From Spirochaetota bacterium (lineage in GTDB: Bacteria > Spirochaetota > UBA4802 > UB4802): a DNA stretch of 64,000 nt. The stretch spans positions 62-64,061 of the forward strand of contig JARYLT010000006.1 in the NCBI GenBank assembly GCA_029907515.1, given 5' to 3'. The notes beneath the pieces were generated by a model that made no database searches, was not told the origin of the DNA, and saw nothing but the letters and a program-made list of their open reading frames with translations. The translations under genes were made by a program, and so were the position numbers. Positions 10,739 to 20,959 of the stretch are shown piece after piece. The first letter of the stretch is position 1. Each line of letters starts with the position of its first letter.

Positions 10739-12571
10739 TTATTCCAGATACATCTTATCAATGATGTCATTGTATCGTTGCTGTATTACTTTGCGTCTAA
10801 TTTTCATTGTTGGTGTAATCTCACCATTTTCTTGTGTGAATTCATGTGGCATCAAGGTAAACTTTTTAATCTTCTCAACCTGTCCCAAGCTTTCAGTTAG
10901 TTTTTCAATCTTATTGTTGTAGAATTCAATAATTGCCGGATTTGAAATCAATTCCTGCCGTGAAGAATACTGAATTCCTTTTGATTTTGCATATTCACCC
11001 AAGATTTCAAAATTGGGCACAATCAGGGCACTGATGTATTTTCGCCCATCACCAACCACCACAACCTGCTCAATGTAGAGATCTTCGCCTAACATTGTTT
11101 CAATTACCTGCGGAGCAATATTCTTACCACCAGCAGTTATAATCAGGTCCTTAATCCTGTCAGTGATGCGTATATACAACTTTCCATCATGTTCTTCAAT
11201 GGTTCCCACATCTCCTGTTTTAAACCAGCCATCATGTGTAAACATTTCTCGGGTTGCTTCAGGTTTATTTAAGTAACCCTGCATACACATGGGGCCTTTC
11301 AGCTGGATTTCACCTTCATCAGAAACTCTGACATCAACAATATCAAGAATTGGGCCACAGACCCCCGGATACGCAGTTGGAGCAGTCCCAACGGCAACTG
11401 GGAAAAATTCTGTCAATCCATACCCCTGAGCCAGGGGGATGCCCAATCCGTTGAAAAATGCATTGATCTCGGCAGACATAGCTGCTCCTCCTACATGGAA
11501 AACCCATACATTGCCACCAACTATCTGCCGCACCTTTTTTAATACAAGGGCGTTTGCAAAAAATCTTTTTATACCAGGCCATGGCCCAATAAATTGTTTG
11601 GCCCTTTTTCTGGTATCGTATTCAATGCCAGTAGTAGTTGCCCAATTAAACAATTTCTTCTTTGCAGGTGGCGCTGTTTCCAATCTGTCAAATATGGTAG
11701 CATACATCTTTTCCCATAAACGGGGAACGCTGCACATATAATGTGGTTTTGACAGTGGCAAAATTTCCATAATATCTTTTGGATTACGACAGTAATGGTT
11801 TTCACCACCTTTCAGCAATACTCCATATGTCCACATGCGTTCAAACACATGGCTTAATGGCAAAAATGCAAGAGATACCATACCCGGTCCTGCTTCGGGG
11901 AAGCGGAATACTGATGCATAGATACCAGCCAGGAAGCTTGCATGCGTATGTACCGCACCTTTAGGATTCCCGGTTGTTCCCGAGGTGTAGATTATGGTAA
12001 GCATGTCATTGCTCGATAATTCACTAATACGAGCATCAACTGTTTTTTTTGCGTTATCACTAACTTCAGTTTTTACTATCTCGTGAAAATAAAAACTATT
12101 CTCACCATTTACTATCACAGCATCCTGAAGAGAAACTACCATCTGTAAGCTGGTTGAGTTCATTATCTGAAGAATCTTATCATACTGTTCCTGATCACCA
12201 GTAAAGATTGCTTTGATAGAAGCATCATCAAGTATATACTTTGCTTCATCCCTGGAGTTAGTTGCATAAATTGGAACCGGGACACATCCTGCGGCTTGAA
12301 TCCCTAAATCAGCTAATGTCCATTCGGGGCAATTCTGTGAAAAGATTGCAATACGGTCTCCTTTTTGCAGGCCATGAGAAATTAAAAAATGAGCAATCGC
12401 ATACACTATTTTTGTCAGATCTTTCCAGGTATAGCTATACTTCTTGCCATCAATGAATCCCGATAGTGCTGCTGCATTACCACGTTGCTTTGCCCGGGAC
12501 AATAGCATATTGATAACACTTTTTTCACTGGCACAAAATTCCTTATATCCTTCAAGTGTTGCTTTCTGCAT
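10739..12571 (-). CDS. Long-chain fatty acid--CoA ligase (AMP-forming)
   Basis: TSGTTGNPKGAVHTHASF is the P-loop. The C-terminus GEITPTMKIRRKVIQQRY is paralogous to the 1873..3783 product. Confidence 0.8.
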   Translation of the reverse strand: MQKATLEGYKEFCASEKSVINMLLSRAKQRGNAAALSGFIDGKKYSYTWKDLTKIVYAIAHFLISHGLQKGDRIAIFSQNCPEWTLADLGIQAAGCVPVPIYATNSRDEAKYILDDASIKAIFTGDQEQYDKILQIMNSTSLQMVVSLQDAVIVNGENSFYFHEIVKTEVSDNAKKTVDARISELSSNDMLTIIYTSGTTGNPKGAVHTHASFLAGIYASVFRFPEAGPGMVSLAFLPLSHVFERMWTYGVLLKGGENHYCRNPKDIMEILPLSKPHYMCSVPRLWEKMYATIFDRLETAPPAKKKLFNWATTTGIEYDTRKRAKQFIGPWPGIKRFFANALVLKKVRQIVGGNVWVFHVGGAAMSAEINAFFNGLGIPLAQGYGLTEFFPVAVGTAPTAYPGVCGPILDIVDVRVSDEGEIQLKGPMCMQGYLNKPEATREMFTHDGWFKTGDVGTIEEHDGKLYIRITDRIKDLIITAGGKNIAPQVIETMLGEDLYIEQVVVVGDGRKYISALIVPNFEILGEYAKSKGIQYSSRQELISNPAIIEFYNNKIEKLTESLGQVEKIKKFTLMPHEFTQENGEITPTMKIRRKVIQQRYNDIIDKMYLE

Positions 12572-12625
12572 AGATACCCCACCCCATGATAAATTTTTAT
12601 TAGCACCTGTAAAAAACGATGGCTA

Positions 12626-13672
12626 CTATTTAACCTTTTTTGCCAGTTGCTTTTCAATCTCCACTGCTTCTTTGATTATTCTTTCCACAACCTGCTTCAC
12701 TGTTGGTGTATCATTAATAATGCCGGTAACCTGACCCAATGGCAAAACACCTTTATCAAAATCACCATCCATGGTTCCTATCTTGAATGCATCAAAACCA
12801 ATTGCCATGCGTGCCATCTGAATTGCTCGTTGTGGTCCCATAAACATAATCCCAACTGCCAGTTTTAACCATGGATAGCCTAACATATCAGCAATTTTCT
12901 TTGAACGAATAAGAGAGCTCAGTGGATTAAGATGCTTTTTCATGAGTCGCTCAACAGCTTTAGATTTCATAAACCGTGCAGGCAATCCATCAATCTTTGG
13001 TGTATACACGGTGTTATATACTTCACTCTTAATACTTGCCTGCTTTGCACTTTCGGCCACCGGGCTTTCCTTGGTATTCATAAATCTGGTTCCCATTGAT
13101 ATGCCTTCTGCTCCCAGTGCAAGAGCTGCAATAAGCCCCCTGCCATCTGCAAAACCACCAGCTGCAATAACCGGAATATTTACTGCCTGTGATATTGCAG
13201 GAATCAACACCAGCGATGTTATGGCACCACCATGGCCTGCTGCTTCATAGCCGGTTACTATCAGGGCATCAGCACCATCGCGCTGGGCTGCCAGTGCATG
13301 TTTATGCGTGGTAACTGTGGCAATTACTTTTCCACCGTATGCATGAACAGCTTTTGCAATCTTATCACCTTTACCCAATGAATAGTTTATGATAGGAACT
13401 TTTTCCTCAATGAGGACTTCAGCGTTTCTCTCTGCACCAGGAAAATACAGCGTAACATTTGCTGCAAATGGCTTTTTGGTAAGTTCCCGTACTCTCCGCA
13501 CTGCTTCACGGGTCTGTTCAGCTGTTAACACACCCGTTGCAAGGATACCAAGACCCCCAGCATTTGAAACAGCAGCAACAAGCTCAGGTGTACTTATCCA
13601 GCTCATACCTGAAAGCACGATTGGATATTTGATCTTGAAAAGTTCTGTAATTTTTGTTTTCATTGTGTCTCT
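12626..13672 (-). CDS. Nitronate monooxygenase family FMN oxidoreductase (paralog)
   Basis: GMSWISTPELVAAVSNAGGLGILATG is present. The start was moved to the ATG preceded by AGGAGAG. It is a tandem paralog of 9587..10621. Confidence 0.7.
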   Translation of the reverse strand, partial: RDTMKTKITELFKIKYPIVLSGMSWISTPELVAAVSNAGGLGILATGVLTAEQTREAVRRVRELTKKPFAANVTLYFPGAERNAEVLIEEKVPIINYSLGKGDKIAKAVHAYGGKVIATVTTHKHALAAQRDGADALIVTGYEAAGHGGAITSLVLIPAISQAVNIPVIAAGGFADGRGLIAALALGAEGISMGTRFMNTKESPVAESAKQASIKSEVYNTVYTPKIDGLPARFMKSKAVERLMKKHLNPLSSLIRSKKIADMLGYPWLKLAVGIMFMGPQRAIQMARMAIGFDAFKIGTMDGDFDKGVLPLGQVTGIINDTPTVKQVVERIIKEAVEIEKQLAKKVK

Positions 13673-13830
13673 CCTCAAATGTAAATTCTTATTATGATAC
13701 ATTATTTCCGCTAAAAGCGGATGAATTATACCTTGTTATTTATCTCCTCTTATTCTATCGCAAACATAACAGAGTTATCTAAAAAAGCAAGAAATATATA
13801 CACTTTTTGTCAAAACTTTTATATAAAAAA

Positions 13831-15150
13831 TTATGTAGTTGAATAATTTATACGGCACAATACATAGGGGAGATAGGCATCGCCAACCCATTCCCGTTCT
13901 GAAGAAAGTACTATTTTATCATTCAACATTGTTGTAACATCACCACTTACCATGGAATTTGTTAATCGTCCTTTGACTTCACCCTGAACAACCAGCCATG
14001 CCAGATCCAGATTAGCTGAAAAGTTCCCCATTAAGGTATTTGATTGACCAAACCCAATAAACTGATCTATAATAATTCCTGTTCCCATTTGAGCTATCAT
14101 ATCCTTAAAGGACGTGGTGCCCGGTTCAACAACTATATTGCTGAAACTTTCCTGGGGTAAGATGGCATACCCACGTGAAGCATTCCCGGTAGGTTGTACG
14201 TGCAAAAGATGGGCACTCTGCAAATGAGCAATATAGGTCTTAACATACCCATTTTCAATAATGGTTTTACTTTTAGCTGGAATGCCCTCATCATCAAAAG
14301 GGTAACTACCAGGTGCAAAATCAATTAACGGATTATCATAAACTGTAAACTGTCTACCAAAAACCTTTTCTCCAAATTTTCCAATATATCGTGAAATTCC
14401 ACGCTCAATTGAACGCCCCGTCAACCCCTGCAGAACCACACCCATTATCTGACCAAACGCCTTTGGAGTAAAAATTACATAATAATTACCAAATGGCATT
14501 TTGACGGTTTGTTTGCTAAAATTCAGTTTTTGTATAATTCGTTCAGAAAGCTCATGTATATTAACATCACTGTTCCAGGTAATACTTTCATATACCTGCA
14601 CACGGCTACCATCAGGCAATATTCGCAAGGCAGATATTGTTGAACCCTGCCGCGAATAGTGGTACCCACTATCAAAACCCCTGGAATTAATCAGATGTAT
14701 ATATCCATCCACACACCCCAAGCCCGCATCAACCATACAGTCACTGTATGCTGAACGAATTGTATCCACAACGTTCTGTAATGTATGGAGATAGTATTGG
14801 GTGTCTTTATTGAATATGTTCCCATCATAGCATTCAACATGGGGAGTGGGTTGCTTTGCTGGAAGATCATATTCTTCAATTTCACCATAGCGTGCTGTTT
14901 CACGTGCATATTCCATCACAGAATCAAGCATTGCAATATCATTACAAAATGAAAAACCCGTTTTGCCATCGATATTTAACCTTATGCCGTATCCCTTTAT
15001 TTCTGATTCACGAACACCATAAAATACATTATTTTTAAATGAATAGGTTTTATGTATTGCATACTCAGCAAATACATCCCACCAGCGAGTTTTTTGTTTT
15101 GCGCAGGTTTCCTGTATCCTACTTAGATTTAGTTTTTCTACTTCCAGCAC
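13831..15150 (-). CDS. pmbA: TldE/PmbA-family metalloprotease modulator
   Basis: It has TldD/PmbA family length and a C-terminal beta-rich domain. It overlaps the upstream tldD by 32 nt, which is the typical tldD-pmbA pair. Confidence 0.65.
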   Translation of the reverse strand: MLEVEKLNLSRIQETCAKQKTRWWDVFAEYAIHKTYSFKNNVFYGVRESEIKGYGIRLNIDGKTGFSFCNDIAMLDSVMEYARETARYGEIEEYDLPAKQPTPHVECYDGNIFNKDTQYYLHTLQNVVDTIRSAYSDCMVDAGLGCVDGYIHLINSRGFDSGYHYSRQGSTISALRILPDGSRVQVYESITWNSDVNIHELSERIIQKLNFSKQTVKMPFGNYYVIFTPKAFGQIMGVVLQGLTGRSIERGISRYIGKFGEKVFGRQFTVYDNPLIDFAPGSYPFDDEGIPAKSKTIIENGYVKTYIAHLQSAHLLHVQPTGNASRGYAILPQESFSNIVVEPGTTSFKDMIAQMGTGIIIDQFIGFGQSNTLMGNFSANLDLAWLVVQGEVKGRLTNSMVSGDVTTMLNDKIVLSSEREWVGDAYLPYVLCRINYSTT

Positions 15151-16516
15151 CTTTGCCTCCTATAAGAACATTGTTAATCAATATATGCGGCCCACCGGAA
15201 GAAACTGGCAGTGGACCCTGACCCTGTTTGCCACAACCACCCAGTCCACCAAACAATGTACAATCGTTAGCTATTGCTTCAATGTTGGCAAGAGTCACAA
15301 ATACATTGCCTGTAAGCATGCACTCACGTAACTTCTTGGTTTTTTTACCTTTTTTTACTTCATACGCATAGGCAGGCGTAAAGGTAAACATTTCCAAATT
15401 TGTTTGACCTCCCAGAGCACCAACCACATAGACACCATTCCACAGCTTTTCAAATAATTCCTCAACGGTAGAATTCCCATTTTCTATATACGTATTTGTC
15501 ATACGCACAATAGGGATAGCCGAAGCCGTTATGGCACGTGCATTGCCGGTCACCTCTTCCCCCATTTTTACCGCTGTTTCCCGTGAATGAAGACGGCTGT
15601 GTAAAATTCCATTTTTTATTAAATATGTTTTTTCAGGTTTTATACCCTCATCATCACAGGGGATGTATCCTGCATACGGAAGTGTCCCATCATCTACAAC
15701 ATTCAGTATATCTGGGCCAAAACGCTTACCAATAACCATAATCTCTTTCATCCGTGGATTTTCATATATAAAATCTGCTTCTGAAAGATGACCAAATGCT
15801 TCATGAATAAAAACACCAGCTAATTTTGGATCGGCTATAACATTATATACACCGCTTTTTATCTGTGGTGCCAGTACCAGCTCCGTTGCTGTACGCACCA
15901 CTTCTTCCGCTACCGAGTGTTTATCCTTTACTATCTCAAAGCCTGCATAGTTTGCATCCGATTCCCCATATGGCTGAATGACCATCCCATCTTTTGCAAT
16001 AGCCGATAGCGACAATCCACAGAAAAACCTGTCATATTCTACAATGCTACCATCAGTATTACATAATACATACTGTGTCAGTGAATCACGGTACAACACA
16101 TTGGTATTTTCTATAAGATTACTATCCTTCAATATGTCATTGTACTGGGTAAGCACGTTCATCTTTTCTTCAAGGCTTACTGTATTTGGTGGAATAAGCA
16201 CATTTGTTTTTTCTTTAATCACATTCATCTGTAATGAGGATAGTGTGGGTGCGTTTTCTTTTTTTTGTATGTGCGATAGCTGTAGCGCCTGTTGCATGGC
16301 ATAATCAACCATATCAAGAGAAGTAAACGCAAAAAATCCCCAACACCCTTTATTATAAACGCGAACCGACCCTTGCGTTGAAGTGCCTACCTTACAGGTT
16401 TCTATCATTCTTTTGGAAAGGTGTATTGTGGTAGAAAAACTTTCACTTATACGAATTTCAGCATATTCTGCTTTAATGCTTTTTAACTTTTTCTGTAAAT
16501 CCATTGGATCAAGCAT
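15119..16516 (-). CDS. tldD: TldD-family zinc metalloprotease
   Basis: The HExxxH zinc motif is present (FIHEAFGHLSE) and a GxC motif lies near the C-terminus. The product is 465 aa. Confidence 0.75.
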   Translation of the reverse strand: MLDPMDLQKKLKSIKAEYAEIRISESFSTTIHLSKRMIETCKVGTSTQGSVRVYNKGCWGFFAFTSLDMVDYAMQQALQLSHIQKKENAPTLSSLQMNVIKEKTNVLIPPNTVSLEEKMNVLTQYNDILKDSNLIENTNVLYRDSLTQYVLCNTDGSIVEYDRFFCGLSLSAIAKDGMVIQPYGESDANYAGFEIVKDKHSVAEEVVRTATELVLAPQIKSGVYNVIADPKLAGVFIHEAFGHLSEADFIYENPRMKEIMVIGKRFGPDILNVVDDGTLPYAGYIPCDDEGIKPEKTYLIKNGILHSRLHSRETAVKMGEEVTGNARAITASAIPIVRMTNTYIENGNSTVEELFEKLWNGVYVVGALGGQTNLEMFTFTPAYAYEVKKGKKTKKLRECMLTGNVFVTLANIEAIANDCTLFGGLGGCGKQGQGPLPVSSGGPHILINNVLIGGKGAGSRKTKSK

Positions 16517-16778
16517 GGTAACATTCTCCAGTCAATATAAAATCTATAGTTTTTTCCCATCAGATAACTAAAGAAATCCAAAATACAAATGCAACAACCA
16601 TTTACTTCTGTACCACTAAAATCTTTGCTTTTTAAAATAAATATCTAACTTAAAAATGTCATCCTGAAAAATCCCTACTTATTGTGATGATAAAGGATAC
16701 CCTTCATAAAAAACATAGATTCTCCCCCCTAATTCATCGGGGTCAGAATGATAACGATTGCTCTAAATTTCAAAAAGC

Positions 16779-17492
16779 TTAATAATTTTCCTGTACTACT
16801 TTATTCACAGCATACTGTATTGCCAGTGCAAGATGATGCGATACTGTGCGCCACTGGCGTTTACTGTTGAAAAAAATTTGCTGGTTAGCTTCCAGCTCAA
16901 TTCCCCAGTAACTATCGCCATACTGCTTGCGTAACCACACAGTCACGCCATCACCGCATCCTCTAAATGGATAATTAAATGCCACCCGCAAAGGATATGC
17001 TTGCATCAACGCTTCTTTAATTTTACTGCAGAATAGTGCTTCCATAGGGCGGCTCTGGTCATACAGTAATCCTATATCAGTATAGCGTTTAAAACCATAT
17101 AATTGTGGCGTAAATGAATGTACTGCAATATGAAATACAGCATCTGAATTCTGTAGCATGGTGTTAATAGCTTTTTCAATTTTATTACGATATACAGTAT
17201 AATAACGCTTAACTATCTCATTTTTTAAAAAAATATTGCTCCCTTGTATCAATTCTGAAAAAAGTTCATTGCTTTCTATTGACCTGTTGCAATCCACCAC
17301 TAACCGTGTAACAGTGGTATACAGCAGTGGTACTTCAAGCGTCTTTGCAAGGATGCGTGCCGTCTGCAATGCACCAATATCATACGCCCAGTGAGTGGAA
17401 AGCATTGTAGTGTCAGTGAAAATATTGCGCAATGCATCAGGGACACGATTGTCTGCATGTTCACAGGTTATTATGATTGAAACGTTTTTCAT
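16779..17492 (-). CDS. N-formylglutamate amidohydrolase family protein
   Basis: The N-terminal IIITCEHADNRVPDAL resembles the FGase (PF05013) SCEHxGNxIP motif. Confidence 0.45.
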   Translation of the reverse strand: MKNVSIIITCEHADNRVPDALRNIFTDTTMLSTHWAYDIGALQTARILAKTLEVPLLYTTVTRLVVDCNRSIESNELFSELIQGSNIFLKNEIVKRYYTVYRNKIEKAINTMLQNSDAVFHIAVHSFTPQLYGFKRYTDIGLLYDQSRPMEALFCSKIKEALMQAYPLRVAFNYPFRGCGDGVTVWLRKQYGDSYWGIELEANQQIFFNSKRQWRTVSHHLALAIQYAVNKVVQENY

Positions 17493-17581
17493 CAGTGCCT
17501 CAAAATTTTTATATAACTTGACATTATACCATACTATACATTTTCTTTGGTCAATATATATTTTTTACAGGAGTAGTATCT

Positions 17582-17938
17582 ATGTTAATCATAACCACTA
17601 TTATTGGATTATCAGCTGGTATTATAGGAGGATTAATGGGCATTGGGGGTGGCATCATTATGATCCCTGCACTTATATATTTACTTCATTTTAATCAGCA
17701 TATGGCTCAGGGCACAACATTAGCTGCCATGATACCCCCCATTGGGATACTAGCAGCATATGAATATTACAAATCTGGCAATGTTAATATACCTGTAGCT
17801 ATAACACTATCCTTAGGGTTTGTTATTGGTGGCTACATTGGTGGGAAAATTGCTGTTTCCCTTGATAATGAAACATTGCGCCGTGTGTTTGGGATAATAC
17901 TTTTTATCATGTCGCTACATATAATCTTCAGCAAATAA
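17582..17938 (+). CDS. TSUP (TauE/SafE, DUF81) family membrane protein, half-size 4-TM unit
   Basis: It is Gly-rich and hydrophobic (GLMGIGGGIIMIPALIYLL). It has only 118 aa, i.e. one DUF81 repeat. Confidence 0.5.
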   Translation: MLIITTIIGLSAGIIGGLMGIGGGIIMIPALIYLLHFNQHMAQGTTLAAMIPPIGILAAYEYYKSGNVNIPVAITLSLGFVIGGYIGGKIAVSLDNETLRRVFGIILFIMSLHIIFSK

Positions 17939-19633
17939 TTAAGCCTTATATCCACCTAAGTTAGCTAATGCCACACTGCCGGGACTTATTGTATCAGGAT
18001 CAGTCATAACATTGACCAGCGCCACAGTATTGCTTTGCAATGCATCAACGATAGCTGGTTTTATGTCCTCTGGTTTTTCAATTACATACCCTTTGCCACC
18101 TAAAGCTTCTACCAGCTTATGATAGGGGATATTGCCAATAAATGTTCCTTCTTTTACGGGGTGTCCCATACGTAAAACCTGGCTGTGTCGTATCATCCCC
18201 CAACCAAGGTCATTGCTCACCAGAATGGTAATAGCCAGCCCTTTACGTAATGCTGTTTCTATTTCCATAAAGTTGAATCCCAATGATCCATCGCCAGTAA
18301 AAAGCACAACGCGTGAGTTCTTGTAATACAGCTTTGCGGTATTGGCAAATGGAATCCCCACTCCCAAACATCCATACAATCCCGAATCTAAATAAGTTCC
18401 ACCTTTTTTTACTGTCCGTGTCATCCCCATCCATATCTGAGCATCTCCACCATCACTGACCACTACATCATCTTCCTTATCCAAGATCTGATTTACTTCA
18501 TATGCAACACGCATGGCATGAATAGGCACTGCATTACTCAGCCATTGCTGCTGTGCCTGCTTTTTGCCTTCTTCATCGGCTTTTTTTAGTTCAAGTACCC
18601 ATTCTTTGAATCGTTCTGTTAAATTTAGTTGTCTTTCTTTTAGAATTTTATTACATTCTTCAACAAACGCTGCTACATCACTTACAATGCCCTTGTGAAT
18701 ACTGCGGTTGCGCCCTATCTCTTCTGGTTCAATATCTACCTGAACTAAAGTGGCATCTTTGTTAAAGATATCGCCAAATATATAGTACAGGCTCACCCTG
18801 TTACCAAGCAGTATCACCATATCAGCATTGAAATTGGCATACAGTGCTGCTCCTGGTCGTATAGCTAATGATGATTCAAAACATAACGGATGAGTATCAG
18901 GAATTACTCCTCTACCAGAAGCGTTGGTAAAGACTGGAATACCTGTCTGCTCAACAAATTGGAGCAAAGCTTGTGAAGCATCTGAATACCATGCGCCACT
19001 GCCTGCAATAATAATAGGCTTTTTCTTGTGCTGCAATAGCTCAATTACATCATTCGCTGCGTTGCTATCGCACGGTTTTGAAAATACCAATGTATTTGTC
19101 TTTTTTACTTTTGTTTCATCTGGTGCTGCGTTGAGAACATCAACAGGCAATTCTAAATACACCGGTCCTGGCCTGCCCGAACACGCTGTGCGATAGGCCA
19201 TGTCAACATATTCGTACACACGCTCAGGTTTATGACACACAAAAGCCTTTTTTACCATGGATTCAATTACCGGCAACTGCTTCATATCCTGTAAATCAAG
19301 CTTTTCATTGCTTTCCAGCCCCACACATCCAGCAATGAGTAGGAGTGGAGCATTGGTTAACCGTGCATTGGCAGTAGCGGTAAGAGCGTTGGTAAACCCT
19401 GGGCCGGCTGTAACAAGGGCAACTCCAGGCTTTCTACTCAAGCGCCCCCACGCTTCGGCCATAAATACAGCCGCCTGTTCATGACGTGTATCAAATATTG
19501 TAATTGATGAGTTTTCTAAATGTTCATAGATGGGGGTGATATGTCCCCCACTTAACGAAAAGATATAGTCAACCTGTTTATCCAGTAAAGCTTCAACCAC
19601 AAGTTTTGCACCATTAGCCATACAATCCTCCAT
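17939..19633 (-). CDS. Thiamine-diphosphate-dependent enzyme (acetolactate synthase / oxalyl-CoA decarboxylase superfamily), specificity unknown
   Basis: The N-terminal Pyr domain carries RHEQAAVFMAEAW, and a TPP motif GDGSLGFN..N follows. It is 564 aa. Confidence 0.75.
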   Translation of the reverse strand: MEDCMANGAKLVVEALLDKQVDYIFSLSGGHITPIYEHLENSSITIFDTRHEQAAVFMAEAWGRLSRKPGVALVTAGPGFTNALTATANARLTNAPLLLIAGCVGLESNEKLDLQDMKQLPVIESMVKKAFVCHKPERVYEYVDMAYRTACSGRPGPVYLELPVDVLNAAPDETKVKKTNTLVFSKPCDSNAANDVIELLQHKKKPIIIAGSGAWYSDASQALLQFVEQTGIPVFTNASGRGVIPDTHPLCFESSLAIRPGAALYANFNADMVILLGNRVSLYYIFGDIFNKDATLVQVDIEPEEIGRNRSIHKGIVSDVAAFVEECNKILKERQLNLTERFKEWVLELKKADEEGKKQAQQQWLSNAVPIHAMRVAYEVNQILDKEDDVVVSDGGDAQIWMGMTRTVKKGGTYLDSGLYGCLGVGIPFANTAKLYYKNSRVVLFTGDGSLGFNFMEIETALRKGLAITILVSNDLGWGMIRHSQVLRMGHPVKEGTFIGNIPYHKLVEALGGKGYVIEKPEDIKPAIVDALQSNTVALVNVMTDPDTISPGSVALANLGGYKA

Positions 19634-19637
19634 ACTG

Positions 19638-20483
19638 TTATAATTCCATTAATTGCCCACCACAGACATTTATTGCCTGCCCTGTAATATATGAAGACGC
19701 CTCAGAAGCTAAAAATACAACAAGCCTGGCAACCTCCTCAGGTGTGCCAATCCTGTTAAGTGGGATACTCTGGCACATGAGCTTTTCCCGCTCTTCTGGT
19801 GTTGTGTTGAATACCTTTGCTTCTAATTCAAAGCGCCAGCGCTCTAAATCTGTATTGATTTGCCCTGGACAAATTGCATTAACCCGTATACCAGCACCAG
19901 CAAGTTCCTTTGCCATGACCTTGGTAAGCATAATAACGCCTGCCTTGGAAACTGAATAAGCACCGTTAAACATTGCGGGAAATTTCCCTGCCCGTGAAGC
20001 CGTATTGATTATGGAACCACCCTGTTTCATAAGCGGTACAATGGCCTTAGAAACCCTGAATGTTCCATGCAGATTGACATCAACTGTTTTAAGCCAGGCT
20101 TCATCATCATAGGTATGAATAGCACTGGGAACACCAAACGTTGCACCTGCATTATTACACAGGATATGTACAGAATCAAACAATTCTGAAACTTTGACTG
20201 CAAATTCATTAATTGACTCTTTATTGGTAACATCACAGAGTACTGCTTGTGCTGTAACGGAATATTCTTTTTGTAATTCTGCAGCCAATTGCTGCATCTG
20301 GCTTAATTGACCAGCCATCATCGTTGTATCACCAATGGTGCCCTTACCTAAATCAACTATAATGATATTGGCTCCATTTTTTGCAAGTTCTAGAGCAATA
20401 GCAAAACCAATCCCCGTTGACTTACCAGCACCGGTGATAACCGCATTTTTATTTTTCAGATCAGGATACATGACAACCTCCAA
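19638..20483 (-). CDS. SDR-family NAD(P)-dependent oxidoreductase
   Basis: ITGAGKSTGIGFAIALELAKNGANIIIVD is a Rossmann TGxxxGxG motif, and a YxxxK active-site region is present. It lies 4 bp upstream of the TPP enzyme in the same orientation. Confidence 0.8.
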   Translation of the reverse strand: MEVVMYPDLKNKNAVITGAGKSTGIGFAIALELAKNGANIIIVDLGKGTIGDTTMMAGQLSQMQQLAAELQKEYSVTAQAVLCDVTNKESINEFAVKVSELFDSVHILCNNAGATFGVPSAIHTYDDEAWLKTVDVNLHGTFRVSKAIVPLMKQGGSIINTASRAGKFPAMFNGAYSVSKAGVIMLTKVMAKELAGAGIRVNAICPGQINTDLERWRFELEAKVFNTTPEEREKLMCQSIPLNRIGTPEEVARLVVFLASEASSYITGQAINVCGGQLMEL

Positions 20484-20569
20484 TTAATCGAAAATGACAT
20501 ATCATATTACAATATTTATGTCAATAATGAATTTATCAATTACTTCAATGAAAGTTACAAAAAGTAACG

Positions 20570-20959
20570 GTGAACCTGTTAGTTATTAAAACCTCTTACA
20601 AAAATATAACTGCAAATTGTAAGTACATGACTACAATAGTAGTCAATTATTTTATCAATAATCTAACTATTACAATGAGTGAACATAAGCAATCAAATCG
20701 CATAAAATGGAAATACATGCAGAAAGTCCCTGTCCCAAGTACTATAAAACAGATTATATGGGATGAACAAACTGTTGCACCACGTGAAAAAATAATAATG
20801 AGGGTGCTACAATATGGTAATTATGATGAAATAAAATATATTTATGGAATGTATCCTGAAGAAGTAACTGAAATAGTTAATCGTTATCCTGGTTTGCGGC
20901 GAGGGGTAAAATTCTGGGTGGTATATTGGAACAAATTGTATGGACATACCAATAATTAA
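20570..20959 (+). CDS. Hypothetical protein, possible remnant of an AbiEi-like antitoxin
   Basis: It overlaps the AbiEii-like fragment by 20 nt, in TA-like fashion. I see no recognisable HTH. The true start may be the ATG at 20675. Confidence 0.3.
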   Translation: MNLLVIKTSYKNITANCKYMTTIVVNYFINNLTITMSEHKQSNRIKWKYMQKVPVPSTIKQIIWDEQTVAPREKIIMRVLQYGNYDEIKYIYGMYPEEVTEIVNRYPGLRRGVKFWVVYWNKLYGHTNN

